This document shows positions 17,547 to 24,586 of a stretch of 64,000 nt of DNA, piece by piece; position 1 is the stretch's first letter; every line of letters begins with the position of its first letter. Made by a program: the position numbers and the translations under genes. The notes under the pieces were generated by a model that was not told the DNA's origin, did no database searches, and saw nothing but the letters and a program-made list of their open reading frames with translations. Origin of the DNA: Oscillospiraceae bacterium (GTDB taxonomy: Bacteria; Bacillota; Clostridia; Oscillospirales; Oscillospiraceae); NCBI GenBank assembly GCA_902801295.1, contig CADCHN010000021.1:13-64012 (forward strand), given 5' to 3'.

Positions 17547-20236
17547 ATCTCCTCAAAATATGTATCGTAATCCAGGTATACGGTTTCCATGATGCTATCG
17601 TAATAGAGGCTGCTCTCCTTAATAAGCCCGGTCAGCTTGTCTTTGTCCAGAACAATACCGTATTCTTGCTCCAAAAGATCTTTCAAATCGTAGATCTCGA
17701 TCTTTTCTCTATCCAACAGGAGTTCAGTCAGCAGGTCTTCCAGCACGATAGCACGCTGACCGCTGTAAAGGAGCCGTGTTCCGCCCATGCGGCGGGCAGA
17801 AAAGCGGGGATCTTCACAGATAAGAGAGGAATAAAACCAGTCGTCAAAGCCGAGATCGTCCAGATCATGGGCAAAGCCCTCTCTACGGATTGCATGAATG
17901 GTAAAGATCCGATCGGGTCCGACCCATTTCAGAACCCGGTCGCAGTAATCGGCGAGCTTCTCTTTCGTAACACCGCCCGCTTCCAGGCGCCGGATGTGGA
18001 TCAGTCGGTGTGGCTCAAATTCGATGATTACCTTTGCTTTGCGCAGGGCCGACAGTTCACTGAGATAGGCACTGAGGATGCTGATTCGCGGATCGATCTC
18101 GTGCAGATCGGTGATATCGGAGTCCGTCAACAGGTGATCAAAGTAATCCGAAGCGCTGGAATATCTTTTGCTGACGATATAACCCGAAAAGACATGATAG
18201 CCGAGCGATTTCAGCGAATATGGGTTTATATACACGCCCTCCGATTCCGGAAAGTGCGTGCTGTAAATCCGGTTCACTTCGGATATCGTGTAAAAATCCT
18301 TCGTCATCATCTGATGCATAGCAGAGAACTGTTCCGGCGGCAGAGCGGGCGAGTCAATGGTAAACAAACCGTTATGGTAGTACTCTTGAAGGCAGCTAAG
18401 GATATTGGCCCCGGCAGAATCCGCCCGCATTCCGTAGGCCTCTTCATATTTCTTTGAGAGCTCATGCCATCCGATCGGCGCATATTGCATCAGAAGCTCC
18501 AACGCCTGATCCGCATGGCTGCCGTTGCCGATGAAAAGAATCGGATTTCTGGAAAAGACGATTTCAGGTTTCCTTTCTTTCCAGATTTTTTTCAGCAGAT
18601 TGTGAAGCTCATACTCGTCCCGAATATCATATTCTCGCATCAGCTCCGGAAACTGGCGGAAGAACAGCAGGGTGGAGAGCGCTGCATCTGTGTACTGTTC
18701 CAAATTCAAGGTGCTGAACAACTCGTTGAAATCATGCTCTTGCAAGTTGTAATAACGCAGACGTTTTCCGGGGAGCCATAAAGCATAATCGCAGGCGTTC
18801 AGCTTGTTTTCATATGCCCTGCTTTCAATCTGAAGCGAAGGATCAGCAGACAAGCCAAGATCCTCCAAAACCATACCATACAGGCCGAGAAAATCAGTAT
18901 AGCTCGTCTGATCCCGACAATACTGACTGACAACATAGCGTACAAGATCAGGGCGTTTCTTCAGAATCCGAACACCGTCGATGACCACGAACTGTTTGTA
19001 CACCGCCCGCTCGATCTGCCGCCGCATCTTAACGGAGATGCTTTCGTCCTCCAGGGCCTTCTCAAGCGGTTGGGTATCGGTCTGTTTTCTGCCGGTTACG
19101 ATTTCCAAGAAATAAAAGACTTCATCCGGCTCATCAAAGGCAAGGCGAAAATCTTCTGGAGAGAAGTAGTACGTCTGAAAAACATACATATACCGATCTT
19201 CTCTTAGGTGAGGATGACCGGCCAACGCCTTCTTCTGAATTTGTCTGACGCGCTCTCTGGTAATATCATATACAGAGGCTGTTTCTTCGAGCGTTTTACC
19301 GCTCAGCCTGTAAATCAGAACTTCCTTTTGACGCTCATCCTTCAACCCTGCCGCATAGTCCACAGCGCTCAGATAACGCCGCAGTACCGTGGAACCATTT
19401 CTCTCAATTCTCTCTTCGTTTTCCAACTCGTCAATGAGAGATACAGTAGTTGCGCCGCTGGCAAGTCGCGTTTCCATATAATCCATGAGCTCTGCCATGG
19501 AGGCTTGATCCTCATGGGCTTCCAGATAATCACAGATCGCATTTTTCTGCGCGCTGCGCATCTCGCTTTCCTGGAAAAGGCAACTCAGAAGAGTTTCCCG
19601 ATCATAAGCGTTGCCGTCACGCAGCTGCTCCAGTTTCAAGGCCCAAGTGCCGGTCATTCCGCCAAAAACATTGGCCAGATCTTCCGCCAGGGCAGCGATT
19701 TCATTGTTGCCGGATGCGGACATTCCCGTGGCTTGATCAGAGAGCCGGAGAGACAGTTCTGACACCGCAGCGAGAATCTCCTCTGCGGTTTTGCGTCCCA
19801 TGTTCTTTACCGCGAGAAGGTCTTCCAAGCTTTTTCCGACAAGCTGTGAGGCGGTTGTCCAGCCTTCTCGGTTCAGGCAGTTTCTTGCCCGGACGGATAG
19901 GCCCATTTCTGAGATTGGGAGATCATAGAGCAACACGGGGGGATCCTCCGCAGTGGAGCCCGACACTAAGATATCATCTGCTTGAGAATCATCTTCAGGG
20001 AGATCTTCTTTATCGACAAGTCGAAATTGGGTTCCGCTATCGCCGGTCAGTTCCGCGCGAATCCGCATGATTTCCTCAAGCGAAGTTTTCCCAAGATTAC
20101 GAATATCAAGAAACTGATCTTCCGGATAATCCAGAAACTCACCGACTGTATGAAGCTTTACCCTGTTCATGCAATTGGTCACCCGGACGGACATTTGCAA
20201 TACTGAAATATCATCTTCTCGCGTTACATACTTCAC
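17543..20236 (-). CDS. Multidomain protein: two RNAP alpha-subunit C-terminal-domain-like HhH modules, a sigma-70 region-4-like HTH and about 560 aa of unrecognised sequence
   Basis: 897 aa with a GTG start. aa 10-63: LQMSVRVTNCMNRVKLHTVGEFL..IRNLGKTSLEEI. aa 105-162: MGLSVRARNCLNREGWTTASQLV..VKNMGRKTAEEI. aa 290-338: KEVLIYRLSGKTLEETASVYDITRERVRQIQKKAL. Markedly lower GC than the two downstream genes. Confidence 0.7.
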   Translation of the reverse strand: MKYVTREDDISVLQMSVRVTNCMNRVKLHTVGEFLDYPEDQFLDIRNLGKTSLEEIMRIRAELTGDSGTQFRLVDKEDLPEDDSQADDILVSGSTAEDPPVLLYDLPISEMGLSVRARNCLNREGWTTASQLVGKSLEDLLAVKNMGRKTAEEILAAVSELSLRLSDQATGMSASGNNEIAALAEDLANVFGGMTGTWALKLEQLRDGNAYDRETLLSCLFQESEMRSAQKNAICDYLEAHEDQASMAELMDYMETRLASGATTVSLIDELENEERIERNGSTVLRRYLSAVDYAAGLKDERQKEVLIYRLSGKTLEETASVYDITRERVRQIQKKALAGHPHLREDRYMYVFQTYYFSPEDFRLAFDEPDEVFYFLEIVTGRKQTDTQPLEKALEDESISVKMRRQIERAVYKQFVVIDGVRILKKRPDLVRYVVSQYCRDQTSYTDFLGLYGMVLEDLGLSADPSLQIESRAYENKLNACDYALWLPGKRLRYYNLQEHDFNELFSTLNLEQYTDAALSTLLFFRQFPELMREYDIRDEYELHNLLKKIWKERKPEIVFSRNPILFIGNGSHADQALELLMQYAPIGWHELSKKYEEAYGMRADSAGANILSCLQEYYHNGLFTIDSPALPPEQFSAMHQMMTKDFYTISEVNRIYSTHFPESEGVYINPYSLKSLGYHVFSGYIVSKRYSSASDYFDHLLTDSDITDLHEIDPRISILSAYLSELSALRKAKVIIEFEPHRLIHIRRLEAGGVTKEKLADYCDRVLKWVGPDRIFTIHAIRREGFAHDLDDLGFDDWFYSSLICEDPRFSARRMGGTRLLYSGQRAIVLEDLLTELLLDREKIEIYDLKDLLEQEYGIVLDKDKLTGLIKESSLYYDSIMETVYLDYDTYFEEI

Positions 20237-20269
20237 CGAACCATCCGCCTTCCGTCAGCATTTCAAATG

Positions 20270-20298
20270 ATTATACCATGCTGGGAAAGAAATGACAA
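20270..20298 (-). promoter_or_regulatory. Sigma-70-type promoter for the 897-aa/ParB-like/SNF2 operon
   Basis: Minus strand TTGTCA (20293-20298), 17 nt, TATAAT (20270-20275), about 35 nt upstream of the GTG start. Confidence 0.55.
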
Positions 20299-20362
20299 AA
20301 GATATTTTAGCCTATTTGGCGAGATGCTGAAAAACTTCAACAGCTCAAGCTCAGACTGCAAC

Positions 20363-20383
20363 TTTGAAACAAATAATTTCAAA
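20363..20383. promoter_or_regulatory. Palindrome TTTGAAA-n7-TTTCAAA (candidate repressor operator)
   Basis: Perfect 7-bp arms immediately upstream of the -35 of the S24-repressor promoter, in the divergent intergenic region. A second dyad, ctgtttc (20399-20405) / gaaacag (20428-20434), brackets the -10. Confidence 0.4.
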
Positions 20384-20389
20384 AAAGAA

Positions 20390-20418
20390 TTGACACGGGC
20401 TGTTTCAAGTGATATATT
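20390..20418 (+). promoter_or_regulatory. Sigma-70-type promoter for the LexA/CI-like repressor gene
   Basis: TTGACA (20390-20395), 17 nt, TATATT (20413-20418). Confidence 0.6.
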
Positions 20419-20458
20419 CTTTTCGCAGAAACAGTCTGTTCTGTTTTGGAGGGGCCTT

Positions 20459-21067
20459 ATGCGAAGGAAAGACGAATCGAAGAAACCGATCATCGCAGAT
20501 TTCATCAACGCGTTTTTTTATGAACACGATAAGGTTCCCAGCGTGAGAGAGATCGTTGAGGGAACCGGAATTCCGCTTTCGACCGTTCACCGTTATCTTG
20601 TGGATATGCAGGAAAAGGGCGAGTTGAGTTATAATGGCTATCGCAGCGCGCGTACAAAAGAAATGAGTGAGGTTTCCCCCATTCATGGCATCGCGGTGCT
20701 CGGTACTGTTGCTTGCGGTCCCGGCCAGGAGGAAGAGCAGCGTTTTGTCGAGACGATCCGTATGCCCGAGACACTGGTCGAGAAGGGAGACTATTTTGCC
20801 CTGATTGCCAAAGGAGAAAGCATGATCGGTGCGGGCATCTTCCCCGGAGATTATGTTTTTGTGAAAAGGCAGGAAACCGCAAACGAGGGAGATCTTGTCA
20901 TCGCACTCTTTGACGGAAAGAACAATCTGAAAAAGCTCGGCTTCGATCAGAAGAACAAAAAGTTCATTCTGCATTCCTGCAATCCTGATGCGGAAAAATA
21001 TCCTGACATTATTGTGGACGAGTTGCAGATCCAGGGAATTGTGAAAGGCTCGTATCATAAGCACTGA
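20459..21067 (+). CDS. LexA/CI-like S24-peptidase transcriptional repressor
   Basis: Start at MRRKDESKK (ATG 20459, GGAGG RBS). N-terminal wHTH (VPSVREIVEGTGIPLSTVHRYL), then an S24 fold with the Ser motif AKGESMIGAGI and Lys in NNLKKL. Confidence 0.8.
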   Translation: MRRKDESKKPIIADFINAFFYEHDKVPSVREIVEGTGIPLSTVHRYLVDMQEKGELSYNGYRSARTKEMSEVSPIHGIAVLGTVACGPGQEEEQRFVETIRMPETLVEKGDYFALIAKGESMIGAGIFPGDYVFVKRQETANEGDLVIALFDGKNNLKKLGFDQKNKKFILHSCNPDAEKYPDIIVDELQIQGIVKGSYHKH

Positions 21068-21089
21068 TCACGGAGGAAACAGAGAGAAA

Positions 21090-21362
21090 TTGAAAAACGT
21101 CACCCCAGAAGATCGTCTTCGACTTCCTTCTTTCGATTGCCCGAATCCAAACTGCGCGGCAAAGAATATCGCGTTCGCAGTCAACCGGGAAGCGAAGAAT
21201 GAATCGGAACTGATCCCTCTGGAATACATTTCAGAAAACACTCCCGCAGATTTCGCAGTCATCTGTCCGAAGTGCAAGAGCAAATATGTTTTGTACCGGC
21301 ATCGGGAAACGCCGATCATTCCATTTTACAATCGTCCTTTATACGGTAGAGTTGCCACTTAA
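21090..21362 (+). CDS. Small hypothetical zinc-ribbon protein (TTG start)
   Basis: CPNPNC...CPKCKSKY. 22 nt after the repressor stop. No homology recognised. Confidence 0.35.
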   Translation: MKNVTPEDRLRLPSFDCPNPNCAAKNIAFAVNREAKNESELIPLEYISENTPADFAVICPKCKSKYVLYRHRETPIIPFYNRPLYGRVAT

Positions 21363-21750
21363 ACAAACTGAATACATTGGCATAGTGAGCCGTCCTCCCA
21401 CCCGTGAATGTGGAAGCAAAGGGCAGGTATCAAGTCCAAAAAAGCATCACGCAGCAGCGGAAAATGCGCGTGATCTTTGGCTTGATGCCTGCCTTCTTTT
21501 TTATCTTTTTTGCGCCGGCCTGATTTTCTTCGACAGCATTTTTCATCAGTATTCTGTTAGATTAGGAAGAAGAAACGTGAAAAAATGGCGCGGGGGAAGC
21601 GGTTTCTTACTTAGAGCAAGTATCGACCCGTGGCCCAAAATTCGAGGTAGCCGAATTTTTGCCGCGGTCAGAACTTGTTGGGGAGTGCCTTCCCCAAACC
21701 CAGCAGAACGAAAGAAACGATCATTTTTTCGCACAGGAGGTGCATCAAAA

Positions 21751-23586
21751 ATGCGAGGACCGTACGACACGCCCAAGCGCAGTCATGTAATCAAAACGCG
21801 CCTGGACGATGACGAGTACGAATTCTTTTTACGCAAGTGCCAGGTCTACGGGATGAATCAATCGGAAATGATCCGCACATCTTTGGAGAAGCTTCAGATT
21901 TATCCCGTGATCAAATTCTCGTCGGTGAACAAGGAGCTTTTATCAAAAGTCGATGAACTCATCACCGAGGGAAAACGCATCGGGAACAATCTCAATCAGA
22001 TTGCCCGTGCGCTCAATTCCGGATATCCCGATCAATCGCTATCATCAGATATCCGCCGCGCCCTCGGCGATCTGGCGGAATGGAAATATGAAATCCTGCA
22101 GGAGGTGGGAAGCGCCATTGGCAACGATCAAACATTTGAGCTCGAAAAACTCGGACCTCGGGGCCGCCGAGCGTTACTTGATCTTTCACTCGCCTACAAC
22201 AAAAATCTCTCCCGCGGCGATGTGAAGACCCATCATTACATCATCAGTTTTGATCCGAGAGACGCGGAGGAAAACGGATTGACGATGGATCGGGCACAAG
22301 CGTTAGGCCTCGAGTTTTGCAAAAAGCATTTCCCCGGCCATCAGGCTTTGGTCTGCACGCACCCGGACGGGCACAACAAAAGCGGCATCATTCATGTGCA
22401 CATTGTCATCAACAGTCTGCGTATCGAGCGCGTTCCCATGATGCCGTACATGGACAAAGCCTGCGATACACTTCCCGGCATGAAGCACCGATGCACCGCA
22501 GCCGCGCTCCGTTATCTCCGTGCGGAAGTGATGGAGATGTGCCAGCGTGAGGGGCTGTATCAGATCGATTTGCTGAACGGCAGTAAGAACCGAATCACAG
22601 AATGTGAGTACTGGGCGCAGAAGCAGGGACAGAAAAAGCTCGACGAAGAAAACGCCGAGCGGATTGCGAACGGAGAAGAACCGAAGCAAACGAAGTTTGA
22701 AACGGATAAGCAAATCCTGCGCCAGCAGATCCGAGCAGCGCTGAAGAAATCCAAAACGCTGGACGAATTCTTTGATGTGCTTTTGGAGGATTACGGTGTT
22801 GCGGTGAAAGAAAGCCGCGGACGATTCAGCTATCTGACGCCGGATCGCACGAAGCCGATCACATCCCGCAAGCTGGGCGACGATTTTTCCAAAGAAGCGA
22901 TCCTCGCCGCACTGGAGAATCATGCAAAGCAGATCATTCCTTCCGTCCATCAGAGGCCGGACATTTCTGTCACGCCCGCGGCAAAACCCGAGATTGAAAG
23001 ACTGATCGATCTGGAAGCGAAACGCGCCGAAGGAAAGGGAGAAGGCTACATCCATTGGGGCAAGACCTTCAATCTGAAAACCATGGCCAAGACGCTGATC
23101 TATTTGCAGGAAAACGGTCTGACCGATCTGGACGCGCTCGACGCCGCACTTGCAGAAGTGCATGAAAAAGTAAAGACCAGCCGTGCCGATATAAAAGCGA
23201 TCGAGGCGAAGCTGAACAAGAAGAAAGATTTACAGCGGCAGGTTTTGAACGCCCACTCCGGAAAGAATTTGCACGCGGAGTACCTAAAGCTGCCGAAGAA
23301 AAAGCAGGAGAAATTTTACGAAGAAAACCGCCCGGCGCTCATGCTCTACGACGCGGCCATGCGGTATTTCAAAGAAAACGGGATCAAAACGATTCCTACT
23401 GTCAAGCGAATCCAGGACGAAATTGAAGATCTGACTTCGCAGAAAAACGCTGGTTACACAGAATACCGCGAGAGTCAGAAACGCGAAAAGGAGCTGCAGA
23501 CCGTCAAGGCCAATATTGAAACAATACTTCGACAGCAGGAGCCGGAGATCGGGCAGGAGCGCAAAACGCGCGAGCAGGAACTTTAG
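21751..23586 (+). CDS. MobC-like mobilisation protein fused in frame to an N-terminally deleted relaxase (MobA/VirD2-type Relaxase domain); probably a rearranged, non-functional relaxase
   Basis: ATG 21751 with an AGGAGG RBS; the track ORF from 21286 is an upstream read-through. MobC part: RSHVIKTRLDDDEYEFF..IGNNLNQIARALN. Relaxase part: DVKTHHYIISFDPRD, HPDGHNKSGIIHVHIVINS (HxH metal motif). The relaxase N-terminus lies in another frame (next entry). Confidence 0.7.
   Translation: MRGPYDTPKRSHVIKTRLDDDEYEFFLRKCQVYGMNQSEMIRTSLEKLQIYPVIKFSSVNKELLSKVDELITEGKRIGNNLNQIARALNSGYPDQSLSSDIRRALGDLAEWKYEILQEVGSAIGNDQTFELEKLGPRGRRALLDLSLAYNKNLSRGDVKTHHYIISFDPRDAEENGLTMDRAQALGLEFCKKHFPGHQALVCTHPDGHNKSGIIHVHIVINSLRIERVPMMPYMDKACDTLPGMKHRCTAAALRYLRAEVMEMCQREGLYQIDLLNGSKNRITECEYWAQKQGQKKLDEENAERIANGEEPKQTKFETDKQILRQQIRAALKKSKTLDEFFDVLLEDYGVAVKESRGRFSYLTPDRTKPITSRKLGDDFSKEAILAALENHAKQIIPSVHQRPDISVTPAAKPEIERLIDLEAKRAEGKGEGYIHWGKTFNLKTMAKTLIYLQENGLTDLDALDAALAEVHEKVKTSRADIKAIEAKLNKKKDLQRQVLNAHSGKNLHAEYLKLPKKKQEKFYEENRPALMLYDAAMRYFKENGIKTIPTVKRIQDEIEDLTSQKNAGYTEYRESQKREKELQTVKANIETILRQQEPEIGQERKTREQEL
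22118..22225 (+). pseudogene. Orphan relaxase N-terminal remnant in the +1 frame
   Basis: TTG (22118) 9 nt after AGGAGG gives (M)ATIKHLSSKNSDLGAAERYLIFH, then nonsense and a stop at 22225. This looks like the normal start of this relaxase family and overlaps the end of the MobC homology. Confidence 0.55.
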
Positions 23587-23620
23587 CCCCGGCGTCACGC
23601 TTTAAGCATGAAGAAACGAA

Positions 23621-23705
23621 GCGATCATGCGGTTTGCAGATCGCGATTCTGATGGGGCAATACGATTTGACCTGTAACCCGGTTTTCCGGGTTTTAGAGC
23701 GTGAC
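23621..23705 (+). repeat. About 85-nt intergenic unit 1 (ends in hairpin cccgg-tttt-ccggg plus a T-run)
   Basis: Aligns with 23758-23842: gcgNtcatgcg..cgattNtga..aatacgattt..cccg(g/a)ttt(t)c(c)gggttt. Confidence 0.6.
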
Positions 23706-23757
23706 AGATTTCAATGTCAGAGGGTTCGGAGTGGAAAAATAGAGCAACAAAAATCCA

Positions 23758-23842
23758 GCGTTCATGCGATTCCTGCTACACGATTTTGACGAGGGAATAC
23801 GATTTCACGTCTGCCCCCGATTTCGGGTTTCTAAACACTAAC
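23758..23842 (+). repeat. About 85-nt intergenic unit 2
   Basis: Diverged direct repeat of 23621-23705 with its own terminal hairpin cccga-ttt-cggg plus ttt. Confidence 0.6.
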
Positions 23843-24205
23843 AATAATCCGGCAGCTCACTGCCGCTGCGAAAATGAAATTTGAGCCAAAACGGATAATC
23901 GTCAGATTTATCCGGTCAAGGGATTGGGGAGCTGTCATCCCCAACGAGATGGCTGAAGGAAGCAAAACTCATTTTGGAGTTTTCGTATTTGCAAGGCGTA
24001 TCTTGCTTTGAGCAAGTTACAGCCTTAGCGAAAGACGAAAACGGAGAATCAGAGTTTTTGGCTGCCATAGCCGTATCTTGCTTTAGAAATGCCGCAGAAA
24101 GAATTATTAAAGAAATTGCTGTCGAGTACTTGCAAAGGATACCCCGCAGTTTGGGGTTAGTGAGAGAAGAGAGTCGTTCCCATCAAGGAAAAAAGGAGAG
24201 AACAC

Positions 24206-24478
24206 ATGGCAAAACGAAAAAAGGAAGATCCATATGACCTGTGCACCTGCTATGAGCCGAGCGAGCCGACGCCGGAAGAATTCATTGATCCCGGTGATCG
24301 GGAGCAGACGCTTGCGGATACCGCGTTCTATTTAACGGATGAAAACGGCGTCGAGTACTATTGCTGCGGAAATACCAAAATCAAGATCACGGAGCATTTC
24401 GCAGAAGACGGGAAAAGCATGGGCGAGCTTCTGGAAGATCTCATCATCCGCGAAGCGAAGAAAAACGCCAAAGGTTAA
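24206..24478 (+). CDS. TnpW-like transposon-encoded small protein
   Basis: 90 aa. The C-terminal GNTKIKITEHFAEDGKSMGELLEDLIIREAKK matches the pattern I recall for TnpW of Tn4451-type elements. Sits immediately upstream of the serine recombinase. Confidence 0.55.
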   Translation: MAKRKKEDPYDLCTCYEPSEPTPEEFIDPGDREQTLADTAFYLTDENGVEYYCCGNTKIKITEHFAEDGKSMGELLEDLIIREAKKNAKG

Positions 24479-24586
24479 CGCTTTAAATCGTTAAATTCCA
24501 CAATTGAATCTTCCCCACGCTTATAGTATAATTTCATCAGGAAGTATTGTAAGCGTGGGTTGTTTCACACGAAGGAGGCTTGCTAT

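Noticed and set aside
21286-21750. Upstream extension of the MobC/relaxase ORF
   Set aside because: It has no homology-like sequence and overlaps the small ORF at 21090-21362. The MobC homology starts right at the ATG at 21751, which has an AGGAGG RBS.
23974-24237. 87-aa ORF upstream of tnpW
   Set aside because: It has a non-ATG start without an RBS, overlaps the tnpW start, and lies in a hairpin-rich non-coding region. It more likely reflects RNA or DNA structure than a protein.
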